Source of the DNA: Eukaryota sp. GEM-RC1
Taxonomy: Eukaryota
Assembly (NCBI GenBank): GCA_040285855.1
Contig: JAUFOQ010000001.1
Coordinates: 682,001-746,000, forward strand
Direction of reading: 5' to 3'
Length of the DNA: 64,000 bases
Made by a program: the position numbers and the translations under genes. How positions within the stretch are numbered: position 1 is the first letter of the stretch; each line of letters opens with the position of its first letter. The notes under the pieces were generated by a model. That model saw only the letters and a list, made by a program, of their open reading frames with translations, did not search any database and had not been told where the DNA came from. This document shows positions 23,905 to 36,113 of the stretch, one piece after another.

Positions 23905-25842
23905 CTATCGTTTTGGTAACAATTCATCTAAAAGATTGTTCTGTAATCGGCTAATTTCATCGTCAGTTGAAGGATCGTGTTTCCCCGGTGGTTTCTTTCC
24001 TTTATTGCTGGGCTTTGTTGCAGAATCTCCTGGTAACGTCACAGGACCGGCACTATCAATGTTTCTTGTTCGATCATTTGGGAGATTAGTAATGATAGAA
24101 GGCCTGGCGTTCTTCGGTCTGTTAGCATGTGCTCTCATAAACGTAGGAGATGAATGAATAGATGAAGGTCTAGCCTTCTTCTGTAATCCAGGAGAAACAG
24201 AGGGAGAACGGGGGATTGTTCAATAACCTCTGGGGGAACAGAAGCTGATTTAAAGGATGATTGATGACCCAATTGTTGTTCTTTTTAACTGTTGTTTAAA
24301 TTCAGTCAAGTGCCTCTCCTTGATTTCCTCCATCTCAGTCTTATATCTCTGAAGGAGAGCGTGGAAATCAGGAGTACACTGTTCTTCAGGGAGAAGCTTC
24401 TTAACTGCACCAATACCCTCATTCTCTAGTTTTTCATGAAACTGTCTAAACTCTTCTTCAAAGCGATGGAGATTAGAAGACAAGGGGCTGTCAGAAACAG
24501 TAGATCTGTCGTCGTGGAGAGTACGTCTACTCCAGGATCTGCTCATAGACCCAGTGTCTGAAGGAGTTTCGTCGTGGGTAGGACTGGTGGAAGAGCGACC
24601 CATTGAGACAGAGGAGACTAACTCACTGATCTTACTTGAAATGAGGCCTCGGTCTTCATCAGTCAATTCAAACTCTATAGCCATTTCTTCAGAGACAGAT
24701 TCAGGGGTGTCAGTGTGAAGATTGAATACAGTCTCGCAGGTCTTAGGAGCATCGCCATCAGCAAGGAAGATGGAGATGGCGAAGGAGGAGTCAGATGTAT
24801 AAGAGCTGATGACAGGGCTGGCAACGATTCTATTCTTAGATCTAGGAGTGGGAGCCTTATAAATAGGGGAGGGAGGATCTGATAGAGATTTGAGACATTT
24901 GGAGAGTTTGAGAAGATCAGCTTCGGCCTCGGGATCAAGGAAATGTAGATCTAGCAGAGTGCGAGCAGAGGGACGGTATTCGGACGATAGAAGACACAGT
25001 TCTATTAGGGATCGAAGTTCATGGTCTTTAACGTTTTGCAGGGCGCGGGGAGGAGTTCCTGAGAGAACTTTACGGTAGACTTGAGCAGCGTTGGAGCATT
25101 CGTTGTAGGGATACTCCAGGGTAACCATTTCCAACAGACACATACCGAAACTATAAATGTCAACCGATTCGGTGTACGATTCCATAAACAATTCAGGGGC
25201 CTGATGTTAGAGTATGAGTGAGATAACAAACCATGAACTCGGGTGTCCCAATAACCGAAGCAGCGTGAGTAGTTCGAAGAACTGTGCTGAGTCCCATATC
25301 GCCTATTTTGACTTCACCATCATTCCCATTAATGAAGATGCTATGATAAACAGATAAATAGAGCATACTTGTCCAACTTAAGATCACGATGGATAATTTT
25401 AAGATCGTCATGGAGGTATCTCAAAGCGTGTAAGATTTGTCGACACCAATGCTTAAGAGCAGAAGGTCTGATAGCAGTACCGACTTTCACCAAATATTCC
25501 CTAAGAGTTCCGCTCGTCATTAGTTCCGTAATAAAGTAAAGATGATTGTCCTCTTCCCAGTGGTCATACATGACAATAATATTAGGATGAGTTAGTTGTT
25601 TGAGGATGTCGACCTCAGAAGAGAGGCGTTCCCGTTCCTTTTCGGAGAACTGGTTGATGCGAACACTGTTCCAAGCCACTTCAATACCGCGTTCATGATC
25701 AAAAGCCTTATAAACGGTTTTGAAACTACCACTGCCAAGTTTTTCCAGCTGCTTGGATCAAATAGAGGTGCGATAAACCAACCGTTGAGTAGCGCAAATC
25801 TGGACTAGTCAATTTGGCTTGAGGCGTAGAACGCTCAGACAT
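23905..25842 (-). CDS. WNK: WNK-family Ser/Thr kinase; introns 25749-25782, 25341-25368, 25201-25231; C-terminal tail probably extends to 23905 through homopolymer frameshifts (otherwise stop at 24250)
   Basis: Spliced product: [78 protein letters not shown]. Confidence 0.9.
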
Positions 25843-26484
25843 TGTTTGAAAGGAGGGCTCTGGAGCCAAAGGGTGTTTGAGTGTCCTTTTTCAGGAGATT
25901 TCTTCTTGCTAATCAATTTCAGTGTTTCCGTCTTCATTATAACTTTTGGGGGTTTTTGCCATGTTTTTATGATGAAGAATGTGTACATGATGTCCTTCGA
26001 ATTCTTTGTGTTTAAGTACGATCATTGTTTGTCAAAATGACAAACTAATTTGACAATACTAAGTGGAAGCTTATCTCCTATGCTATATGAATTATCAGTA
26101 CTGTAATGAGTAGGAAATTTTACAATAATCAGTGGTTCTTGACTGTTGATATTCATGTGTCATAATTGAATTCCGTTTAGTAGTACATTAGGATTAGACT
26201 ATTGAAAATAAGTCAGATAAGAAGTCTACAAATGTTCGTTGCTGTGATTCGCTAATAATTGCATTAAATGTTTGTAGGCCCGACAATTTGATATGTAGTG
26301 TATACCAGACTCTGTCTGAGTAATACCCACATTAAAATCAGTTGCTATTATCACAACTACATAACTGATTTGTCCTGTGAAGAATACAGATTTTCAGACT
26401 TTACTATCATGACTTATAACAAAATTAGAGACATCGAAAACCAAATTTCTTGTTTCGCACCAACATCTTATCCATTTTCCTTAA

Positions 26485-27766
26485 ATGTCCTCACAATCTG
26501 GACCTCTTCTTGATGACAGAAAAGCTATCGTCATGGACAATGGCACTGGCTACTCAAAACTTGGTTATGCCGGGCAATCCGTACCCAATTTCATCATACC
26601 TTCTGCTGTTGGCCATAAACTAAACAAACGAAGTGAAAAAGGAAAACCCTTTTCAGATCTGGACATTCTTATCGGTGATCAAGCCGTTGCTGAAGCTCGA
26701 ACGTACGATGTTGAATACCCCTTAAAACACGGTCAAATTGAGAACTGGGATATGATGGAAAAGCTCTGGCATCATTCAATGTTTGACTATCTTCGATGCT
26801 CTCCAGAAGAACACAACTTTCTCCTTACAGAACCTCCTCTCAACTCCCCAGAGAACCGTGAATACACCGCTGAAATTATGTTTGAAACCTTTGGAGTGAA
26901 AGGATTACATATAGGTGTCCAAGCTGTTCTCGCTCTTTATGGTAGTATACCTGCTGACTCTGGAGCAGTCACTGGAACTGTGATCGATTCAGGAGATGGT
27001 GTTACTCATATTATCCCCGTAGTTGAAGGATATGTTGTCGGATCTGCCATTAAACACATCCCCCCTAGCAGGTCGAGACATCACTCAATACATTGCTAAA
27101 CTACTGAGATCTAGGGAGAAGACCATTCCTCCTCATGATATTCTAGATATGTCTCGTTATGCCAAGGAGAGACACTCCTATGTATGTAAGGATTTATCCG
27201 AAGAATTCAACAAGTTTGATAAGAAGATCGATGAACGTGTTAAAACTCTAAAAGGTGTTGACACTGCTACTGGTCATCCGTATTCCTTTGAAGTAGGTTA
27301 TGAACGATTCCTTGGACCCGAACTTTTCTTTAAACCTGAGATCTTTTCCACTCAGTTTACTACGCCTCTCCCTGATCTTGTTGATGCTTCAATCCAATCA
27401 TCTCCAATTGATTCGAGACGAGGACTTTACAAGACAATCACGTTATCAGGTGGAAGTACAATGTTTCCAAAGTTTGATAAGCGACTGCAACTCGATTTAA
27501 GCAACATTGTTCAGGGTAGAATGGAAGCAATGAAGGAGAGGTTTGCTAAACAGGGAAAAGAAGTTTCTTCAGAACCTATTGATGTAAATGTACTAACTTC
27601 TCCCTACCAACGTTATGCTGTTTGGTATGGAGGAAGTAAGATGGCTGCTCACCCTGACTTTGCTACCCATTGTTATACTAAGGCAGAGTATGAAGAGCAT
27701 GGGCCGAAGAGGTTTTATTCATTCCTGTAAAGATTGTGTTTTAGATGTGTCAAGTTTTGTTTATAA
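26485..27766 (+). CDS. ARP3: Actin-related protein 3; extra C in the C run at ~27060-27065; possible terminal intron 27712-27744 (otherwise stop at 27730)
   Basis: [53 protein letters not shown] once the frame is corrected, [21 protein letters not shown]. Confidence 0.9.
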
Positions 27767-28085
27767 ATATATTTATTACATTTGAAGTTTGTCATACAAT
27801 CTGACGAATGTGTTAACAGTGTTTATTGTGGACTACAGTTAGATCCAAGTTGATTCAAGACCACTACATGTAGAATTTGGCAAGCAAGAGTGAATCTTCA
27901 TCTATGTTCTATACTAGTATGTAATTTGTACTACAACTCTACCATAAACAATTGGCCATAATTCTAGAATAAATCAAACAAACATTTATTACACATTTCG
28001 ATAATCAAGTTGAATTAAATCAACATCCACCACTCCAGTACAGAGTCGAATAATTTAACATTTTTTAAAAATTAGCTCTTCTTAT

Positions 28086-29129
28086 TCATACATATCTCCA
28101 CTTCCCTCGAGCTTTCTCAAAATACAATCATACTACAAACTTATCAATTCTTTAAACAACGACCACTCATTAGGAGAAACAGTCCACGGTTTCAGCTCAA
28201 TCGGACCATCCATCATATCTCTGGTATTAATTGCATTCACAACAAAACTCGATAGAACTGGAAACGCCTAAGGTAAGAAACTAAACAACCAAGCAAACCT
28301 TTCTATACTCTGCTGGACCTTCAGGACCTAATAAACTAACAACCTTTGAGGATAGATTTCCTCCACTACAGTCCACGTGACCATCGTGTTCAATGGCCAA
28401 CAAAGCAAAGGCAGAAAGCTTATGAGCAGTTGGTTTCCTCTTCTTCTTTCTTGGAGTAGGGATAGCAGAGGTCTTCCTGTAGGTGGGAAGGAAACCCGGG
28501 ATGTTGGAATCAGGATTGGAAGTAGAGTTTAGAGAGGAGGAAGTTTTGGGTGGAGATGATGGTTCAGGAATAGCTTCGTTTTCAAACTGTAGATCTGAAA
28601 TAGAGAGGACTGAGTTGAGTAGGGAAGATTGGTATAGAGAGGAGCTGTCCAAATGGGAACTGCTCTGGTGGATATCGTACTCTGCTAGATCCTCTAAGCT
28701 GACGTCTCTTGATAAAGAAGGGGAAGTGGCTTCATCTCTTCGTGTGTAGTCTTGATCAAGAACGTTCTCCTCAGTATCGTCAAAGTTGAAAAACTTTGAG
28801 CGGCCTACGGGATGAGTAGATTGATTGGATGGTGTTTCTAATTCAGAGAAGTCAGGAGGAGGATTACGGAGTTTTGGTCTGGATATTTTGGAAGATGGGG
28901 AGAGTGGCGGGAGTGGGGAACGGCCAGGTGTGGTTAAAATGGATTTTGATGTGTGTAGGGAGCGGTCAGGTGAAGTATTACCAAACGGTGAGTGTGATGT
29001 AGTACCAAACGGTGAGTCTTGAGATGACAGATGTTCCAGTGAAGACACTCGACCATTTATGGAATTGAGCAGATCTTCAACTTGATTGAGTAGTGTCTGG
29101 TTGACATTAATAGTGGTTTCAGTCATCAG
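28086..29129 (-). CDS. Unknown Ser/Pro-rich protein; predicted introns 28268-28298 and 28112-28140
   Basis: 283-aa ORF; removing the 31-nt and 29-nt GTTTG..AG introns extends the frame to ...RGKWRYV*. Confidence 0.6.
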
Positions 29130-29268
29130 CAAGTGGCTTTTTTATGACAAATGCTTCAAGAAGCGCGTTTAGATCACTGAAAAGATTGTGATGAGAAATT
29201 GTGTTGTTTCCCTTACAACAGGAAACATCTGTTCACTGCTACCAGTAGCTCTTCAAACCCTCTCTTGT

Positions 29269-30660
29269 ATGATAATAGCAACTCTTCTTGTTTTCTTCAT
29301 CCCATTTTTCTCTCTTCCTTTTGTGTTTCGTTTGCGTCAACGACGCAATTCTGTCGCTTTCTTTCATCCTTATGCCAATGACGCTGGTGGTGGAGAACGA
29401 GTTCTGTGGTTTGCCGTGTCTGCAATCTTAAAAAACGATCCACGCACTCCAATTGTTATTTACACTGGTAAAACTAAGACAGAAACTCCAGAAAGCATCC
29501 TCACTAAAGCCACTGTCAACTTTGGAGTCGACCTAAACATCCAAAACTCAAACATCTCCTTCATCTTCTTCCGTTCCAGACCCCTTCTCGAAGCCAAGTA
29601 CTACCCCTTCCTCACCCTTCTACTCCAATCTCTTGGCTCAATGATCGTGGCCTTCGAATGTCTCCTCCGATACGTTCCTAACTACTGTATTGACACCATG
29701 GGCTGCTCCTTTACTTATCCCGTGTTCCGTCTTCTTGGTGGAGTTAGAGTAGGTTGCTACGTCCATTACCCCACTATCACCACTGAGATGACGTCACTGG
29801 TGGATGCCGGCAAAGAGTCCTTCAATAACAGAAGAATCATTGCCAGGAGTAGACTACTTACTAGACTGAAACTCTACTACTACAGATTCTTTAGCCTTCT
29901 CTACAGACTTTCCTCTAAAGCTACCTCGGTTGTCATGGTCAACTCTAGTTGGACGTGGGGACACGTGTCAGAACTTTGGAAAATGGATGACGTGATGATT
30001 GTGTACCCTCCCTGTGACACTAGAGCCATGTCTAAGCTTAGGTTGAATCCTAGAGAGAACTTGGTGGTTACAGTTGCTCAGTTTAGACCAGAGAAGAACC
30101 ACGAGTTGTTGTTGGAGAGTTGGGCACTGATGCTTGAAAGGTATCGTGATAAGCTCAAAAAGAGAGGTATTGACTTGCCTGTTTTGGAGTTGATTGGATC
30201 AGTTAGACCTAAAGATAGAGCTCGAGTTGAGAAGCTCCAAGCAATGATTAATGAGTTGAATCTACAGGAATCCGTAGTTATCCGTGAAAACCTTCCTTAC
30301 ATTGAACTCTTGGATAGACTACAGAAGGCCAAAGCTGGACTCCACGCCATGGTCAGTGAACACTTTGGAATCTCTGTAGTTGAGTACATGGCAAGTGGAG
30401 CAATTCCAATTGCCCATAGAAGTGGTGGTCCACTGCAGGACATCGTAGTTCCTTTACCAGACGGTTCTCAGACTGGTTTTCTTTGTTCAGATGCTGACGA
30501 GTATGCCCAGTCCTTGGGTACTGTTTTACTTGGAAATTGGGACCATTTGTCATTGGTTCAGATAGCTGGAAGATCTTCAGTTAAAAAGTTTAGTCAGGAG
30601 GCTTTTGTTACGAATTTCTTGATGTCTTTGTCTACGAGTCTGTTTTTTCAACGGGATTAA
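29269..30660 (+). CDS. ALG11: GDP-Man:Man3GlcNAc2-PP-Dol alpha-1,2-mannosyltransferase
   Basis: FFHPY.N..GGGERVLW, YVHYPTI, VNSSWT..H, AQFRPEKNH, EHFGISVVEYMA, H.SGGP..DIV. Confidence 0.95.
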   Translation: MIIATLLVFFIPFFSLPFVFRLRQRRNSVAFFHPYANDAGGGERVLWFAVSAILKNDPRTPIVIYTGKTKTETPESILTKATVNFGVDLNIQNSNISFIFFRSRPLLEAKYYPFLTLLLQSLGSMIVAFECLLRYVPNYCIDTMGCSFTYPVFRLLGGVRVGCYVHYPTITTEMTSLVDAGKESFNNRRIIARSRLLTRLKLYYYRFFSLLYRLSSKATSVVMVNSSWTWGHVSELWKMDDVMIVYPPCDTRAMSKLRLNPRENLVVTVAQFRPEKNHELLLESWALMLERYRDKLKKRGIDLPVLELIGSVRPKDRARVEKLQAMINELNLQESVVIRENLPYIELLDRLQKAKAGLHAMVSEHFGISVVEYMASGAIPIAHRSGGPLQDIVVPLPDGSQTGFLCSDADEYAQSLGTVLLGNWDHLSLVQIAGRSSVKKFSQEAFVTNFLMSLSTSLFFQRD

Positions 30661-30729
30661 ATTGGAAATATTAAATAAATTAGTAGGTTCTGTTGTTTAT
30701 ATTCAAAATCAATAGATGAAAACAATATA

Positions 30730-30764
30730 TTGGGCGAGTCACAGTAGTCCTGTGACTCGCCCAA
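30730..30764. other. Perfect GC-rich 15-bp stem / 5-nt loop hairpin
   Basis: TTGGGCGAGTCACAG-TAGTC-CTGTGACTCGCCCAA. Confidence 0.9.
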
Positions 30765-30786
30765 TCTAACCCATGCTTTCCTTCTT

Positions 30787-32265
30787 CTAACCAAGAATAG
30801 TAAGAGTACCATAAGACAAAGTGAATAAGGGATAATACACGTGATGATTTACTACAGGAACTTCAACATGGAAATCTTTTGTCCCTGAAAAAATGTCTTT
30901 GAAGTAGATGACATTATTAACTAAGTCAGCAGTTACTTCCAGAACGTCACCAGATTGAAACTGATCGTCTAGCCCTGATAAACCAAGAGTTGAGCAGTTA
31001 GCATGTGATGAACAGATCCTACCACCAGGAACAGAAAAACCTCGATCGTTAATTCCAACTGCAAATGATCCTTGTAAATTTGGTTGATATTGGGTTGAGG
31101 GACCACTAACATACCGAACCCGCCATTGATAAACATTACCAAACTCCAGAGGAGTATCACCAAACACATAATCACTAATAGCTGTCTGCGATGATGCAGT
31201 TTTTCCATCAACTGAAAATTGTAAACTTCTGTTAGTAGTTGCGAACTTAAAATCTAATTGGTGAGGTGCTCTTCGGGAATCCAGAAGTTGCTTTTGTAAT
31301 GTTTCCAATTCTGATTGGTATTGGTTCTTAACTGCAGCAATTGTTGCAAATAAAGCCATCCTAAGATGGTCAAAATGGAATTCCATTAATAAATTTTTAA
31401 GCTCAGGAAACTTCTCCAAGGGTTTCAACAGAAATTCGTTCCACTCTGAAACTGAAAGTAGCTCAATGTTCATTGAATTCAATAGATTGTGCAACTGTTC
31501 TTGATGTAATTGACTCTCAATATATGACATCACCATACACTCAACGAAGAACCGATGTGAAACTGACGTAGAACAGAAAGGCAGAAGTACAGATAGAGAA
31601 GAAGGAGAAAGAAGAGGAAGTTTAGAAAGGCAGTCAGTTTTAAACTCATTTAAGTGAGGACCAACGCACTCTAGTGCTCTCTTATCTTCAAGTTTGTCAG
31701 CTCCAACAATGAAGTTAACCACCCATTCCCAGGATTGGAACTCTTCCTCCAAGATACCACATAGAAGCTCTGGAATCTTGTCAGCTTGGAAGTAGTGTGA
31801 AAGCCAGAAGAAATCGTAAGCGTTCTCTTTAGTCACTGTGAAAGGAAGATCGTAGAATCCACGAAGGATGGAAGTAATGGAATCGACATCTACTGGGAGA
31901 TCGGACAAGTCAAGAGGGTTTTCATCTTTGTCTTTGAACTCTAGGTACCAAAGGTTTGCGAAGAACTGAGAGTTTGTAGCAAGAATACATTTGACAACGG
32001 GGAACGTAGAATCCTTGAAGACGAGTTGTTGATCAGAGAACTGTTCATTGAAGAGAATGGATGAAAGTGTGCCATTCGTCACAACAGTGGCAGCGGAGTC
32101 ATCAGTTGTCTCATCAACAATATTTTCTGTAGGGTTGGTCTCCAAGTCTAGGTCTGGAACCGGATTAGGCTCCTCTGATACAGAGTCGTCACAATCTGGA
32201 ATTTCATGTCGGGGTTTAGCAGTTCGTTGTCTCGTTGGTTGTTTGCTTTTCTTCCTTTTTGTCAT
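30787..32265 (-). CDS. BTB - helical - SPRY-like protein (family 2)
   Basis: FSDQQLVF....FPVVKCILATNSQFFANLWYLEF BTB; C-terminal VFGDTPL..G.VYQWRV, FAVG, GD.LEVTADL, YYP.FTL; likely start MTKRKK at 32265. Confidence 0.8.
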   Translation of the reverse strand: MTKRKKSKQPTRQRTAKPRHEIPDCDDSVSEEPNPVPDLDLETNPTENIVDETTDDSAATVVTNGTLSSILFNEQFSDQQLVFKDSTFPVVKCILATNSQFFANLWYLEFKDKDENPLDLSDLPVDVDSITSILRGFYDLPFTVTKENAYDFFWLSHYFQADKIPELLCGILEEEFQSWEWVVNFIVGADKLEDKRALECVGPHLNEFKTDCLSKLPLLSPSSLSVLLPFCSTSVSHRFFVECMVMSYIESQLHQEQLHNLLNSMNIELLSVSEWNEFLLKPLEKFPELKNLLMEFHFDHLRMALFATIAAVKNQYQSELETLQKQLLDSRRAPHQLDFKFATTNRSLQFSVDGKTASSQTAISDYVFGDTPLEFGNVYQWRVRYVSGPSTQYQPNLQGSFAVGINDRGFSVPGGRICSSHANCSTLGLSGLDDQFQSGDVLEVTADLVNNVIYFKDIFSGTKDFHVEVPVVNHHVYYPLFTLSYGTLTILG

Positions 32266-32589
32266 GTAACAAAATAATAGTTCTATTTCTAGGGACAACT
32301 GTTGACAATGAAAACAAGAGCGAGTAGATATCCTCTTATCTGTCTGTTGACGTGACAAACTTGTAGAATTATCAAACCGAGTTAGGCCTATGATTCCACG
32401 TTGCCAATCAGAAACTATCAAACAATCATAAAGAAGTGATTGACCTCCCTACAAAGTGTGCATACTGCACTTATGATCAACAATCAGTGGATGGTGAGCT
32501 CTTATCTTGTTTTTCTGCTACCGTTAGGATATATGATTTCGATATTTTTGTTAGCGAATGTTTGTTTAAGTCTTAGGTACCAAAAACGC

Positions 32590-33185
32590 AATACTATATG
32601 TAAGTCTTACAAAATTGAGTCATTTGTTGAACCACTTCTTAGATCTTTAGAACCAAGTAATAATTGTAATGTCGAAAAACAGAACCAATTCTTTGGCAAA
32701 CAGAGAGCTGATGTTGTTGTCCCTTCTTCTGCAGACAAATTGTTTGTTGTTGATGTAGTGTCAGTGGATGTTTTTAAAAGGACACCTTTAAAGAATGCTT
32801 ACTATTAGACATTTCTGAACAAGCCAAGCAGGATAAGTACAAGAAACCATTGATGCTTTAAAACAGGTAAAACATGTTGAATACGAATTATGGCCTTTTG
32901 ATGTTTCCAATTTACGGACGTTTAGGAAAAAGTGCATTGAATTTTTTAACGATTTCGGAAAAATCGTAAAAAATAGGATGAACAAACGTTTTGATCATAT
33001 ATTATGGTTGAATCGGATCGTTTTTACTGTTTTTAAAACAATTCCCCTAATCATCTCCAAAGCTTTATTATCATTGAGTTCCTTTTATGAGGACAAAGCT
33101 GTTGTACGATTTGATAGCGACGTGTGTTGTTTTAATGATATCAAATTTTAGTTGTTTGATCTATTACATTTATAATAAAATAAAA
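32590..33185 (+). mobile_element. RLE non-LTR retrotransposon 3' fragment including the endonuclease core
   Basis: IESFVEP...RADVVV...VVDVV (RAD-D RLE motif), then YELWPF.VS..G...FDHILWLNRIVFT; ends at aataaaataaaa. Confidence 0.75.
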
Positions 33186-33543
33186 TTTTGGAAAAAATAT
33201 CGATAACTATAGAAATGTTTAAATCAATTTAATTATCATGTTTATATCATCAAAACCAATCAGCCGATTGTATAGACCTTTTGAACGATATCTCAGTCAG
33301 AAAGTTCAGTAAAGATTCAATACTGAAGAATACGGACCACATTGTTTCAGAACTTCTTTCGTTAAATCTTGGATCGAAATTTTGAATTTAGGCATGTGTA
33401 AAAAATCTAATACATTCATACAAAGTGATCATGTAGCAGAAGGAACTTCTGATTGAGTGTCACCTACTCCACGCAACATTTTGTCCAGACAGCTTCATCC
33501 AGGAGAAAATGTGTTTGACTTAATTTAAATCACTACTTTAAAC

Positions 33544-34525
33544 CATAGTTCAGATATACACGGGTTTGATTTTTCATATACTGTATATACACAAATATAC
33601 ATATACATTTGTATATACTGTGATATACACTAAGTAACAATTGTATATACAGTTCATACACACATACATCAACAAATACATGTATATAAAATATCTTATT
33701 CAACAACGAGTCTGATCATCAGCCACAACACGTTTAACCGTCTTTTTTGTATTCTTTCTTGTTTTTACAGCTGCATCTTTGGATACAGATGCCATGATCA
33801 CGTCCTCTTCCATTTCCGATCAGAAACCAGAGTCCATCAGCATCACTTACCGTATTCTCTTCACTTTCGTCTTCAACATTGATTTTTGGCACCTCTTCAA
33901 ACGCTTCGTTTAAGTCAAATAAATATTTACAAGAACTGAGGTTAATAAGTGAAATATCATTTGGAAATCGATTAACAAATTCAGAAATGAAATTTTTCGG
34001 CCCCCTAAAAAAGTAGGTTTAAAAAGCATTGGTAAAAACCAATACCACTAAAATGAGCAGAAGTAAACAAGTGACTTCTAAGTAACGTTGAATCAACTTC
34101 TAACAGTGAAGCAAAATATTTAATCCTCAATACGTTAAAAGATATAGAAAAATTCGGAGCGATTGAAGGAGCTGTATATCTAAAAAGATGTGTGATTTTT
34201 CCGGAGTAGCAAATCTTTAAAATATAACACTTAATGTGTTTTTCAATATCATATGAAGAAATTTTGTTGGGTTTTCGGGGAATTTAGCCTAGCCCATTTG
34301 AATTGGTCATTACTTATTTGCTTAATTACCTGAATCTTTGTCCTTGACAATGGACTAATACAGTCTGGTCATCGAGTAGACTCTGAAAAGTTCATTAACC
34401 TTTGTATAATATGTAACTGAACTCATATACAAATATACACCGTTAACCAACATCTTGGGGATTTTTATATACACTGTATATACAGACTTTCTGTATATAC
34501 AGTGTATATGTAGATCTGAACTATG
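33544..34525. mobile_element. Non-autonomous hAT element inserted in the 3' flank of a BTB-SPRY gene
   Basis: TIR CATAGTTCAGATATACA / rc CATAGTTCAGATCTACA; TSD ctttaaac / ctttaaat; TATAC subterminal repeats; empty site in the paralog at ~46023. Confidence 0.85.
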
Positions 34526-34568
34526 CTTTAAATGAGAAAACTTACCCACAATGACAATGTAATCAACT

Positions 34569-36113
34569 TTATTCAACGATTTCCAGTTCATGATTACTGC
34601 AATATAACCTAGCAAATGGATAATAATTACCACTACTTAATCTGGGAAGAGTTCCAGTAAGATTAATTGAAGAATTACTCACGGATTTGATTGTCAAAGT
34701 GTAATTCATTAAATTTGCATTGATTTCGAGTAATTCACCAGGATTCCACATGGCCTTGTTTCCTGAGAGACAACCACGAATGCGATCACCATTATTTTCA
34801 AAACAGTGTGCATTCTCATAACATTTAACACCAAAAACAATAAACTTTGACTCGTCAATGACTCCAACAAGAAGATTAAAAGTTTTCCCCTGGTACCTCA
34901 ACTTCCAAGTATAATCATTACCTGGAAGAAGTGGATCTTCTCCCAAGATATTTCTACACTCCATATCACCACTTCCATAAACAACTCTGTTTCCATCCGC
35001 ACTAACTTGTAACTGAGAATGTTTCTGAGTTTGTGAGAATCTAATCATTTTTGATTGAGGAACTGATTGAGACACATGTTGAGTTTCTATAGCTGTATTT
35101 TTCTGTTGTTCAATTTCTTGTTGTAGTTTTGTAATTCTTTTAAGTGAGTTAGAATTTGTGGTGGTTAAATTCTGAATATCAGTTGTCAAGGTGGAAATTT
35201 TTGCCTTGAAATCATGTAATTTCGTGGTAAGATCAGTATTGAGAGTGTTCAAGTCAGAATTGCTGCTTTCTAAAACCGAGTTTTTGTTTTCTACTTCAAC
35301 AATTTTGGTTGTTAATTCAGATACTTCTTCCTTCAAATCAGAAACTTCCTTCACCAACGAATCAAAATAAAGATTCTTAACTCGTGTAAACAGAAACTTC
35401 AACAAATCAGCTTCCAATTCTGCAACATCTTTTAAAGGAACAAACAAAAACTCGTCCCATTGTTGGAAAGAAAAGGCGTCAATTGAACAAGAATTTAAAA
35501 CATTTAAGAATTCATTCAAATCAAAATTTTGATTGATAATTGATTCCACCATTGATTTGATAAACCACAACTGTGATTGAGTGCAAGTGCAGTATTTTAC
35601 AAGCGATTTAAACCCTTCAGTAGTAATTGCCATCACGTCATCAATCAACAGGTCATCAATCTTAGAAAAGAAAGGACCAACGAATTCCAAAGCTCTCAAG
35701 TCATTTCTTTCATTTGCTTCTTTAATGAATGGTTTTAACCAAGCCCAGGTTAAGAGATGAGTGTTTAGGTGGTTTTCAACGTGATGAATGAGTTTGTCCA
35801 CTTGGAAGTAGTGGACGAGATAAAAGAAGTTGTAAGCGTTGCTCTCGTTGAGGGTGAATGATTTGCCAAAGAAGGACTTGAGGAAAGCGAAGAAGTTGTC
35901 GGAATCGACGGGAAGATGGGAGAAGTCGATGGGGTTCTCAAGTTTATCCCCAAACTCTAAGAACCAGAGGGATCGGAAGTATGTGGAGTGTGCAGCAAGG
36001 ACAGATTTGATGACTTCGATGGATTCCCCACCCAATGTAATGGTTTGGTTACATAGGGAAAGTTCATCAAGAATGACGGATAGAGTGTCTGCTGGGAGAA
36101 GAGAGAATGACAT
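34569..36113 (-). CDS. BTB - coiled coil - SPRY/B30.2-like protein (family 1), intact
   Basis: BTB (KSVLAAHSTYFRSLW), heptad coil, C-terminal ILGEDPLLPG..YTWKLRYQG..VGVIDE..W.PGELLE..YYPF. Confidence 0.85.
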   Translation of the reverse strand: MSFSLLPADTLSVILDELSLCNQTITLGGESIEVIKSVLAAHSTYFRSLWFLEFGDKLENPIDFSHLPVDSDNFFAFLKSFFGKSFTLNESNAYNFFYLVHYFQVDKLIHHVENHLNTHLLTWAWLKPFIKEANERNDLRALEFVGPFFSKIDDLLIDDVMAITTEGFKSLVKYCTCTQSQLWFIKSMVESIINQNFDLNEFLNVLNSCSIDAFSFQQWDEFLFVPLKDVAELEADLLKFLFTRVKNLYFDSLVKEVSDLKEEVSELTTKIVEVENKNSVLESSNSDLNTLNTDLTTKLHDFKAKISTLTTDIQNLTTTNSNSLKRITKLQQEIEQQKNTAIETQHVSQSVPQSKMIRFSQTQKHSQLQVSADGNRVVYGSGDMECRNILGEDPLLPGNDYTWKLRYQGKTFNLLVGVIDESKFIVFGVKCYENAHCFENNGDRIRGCLSGNKAMWNPGELLEINANLMNYTLTIKSVSNSSINLTGTLPRLSSGNYYPFARLYCSNHELEIVE

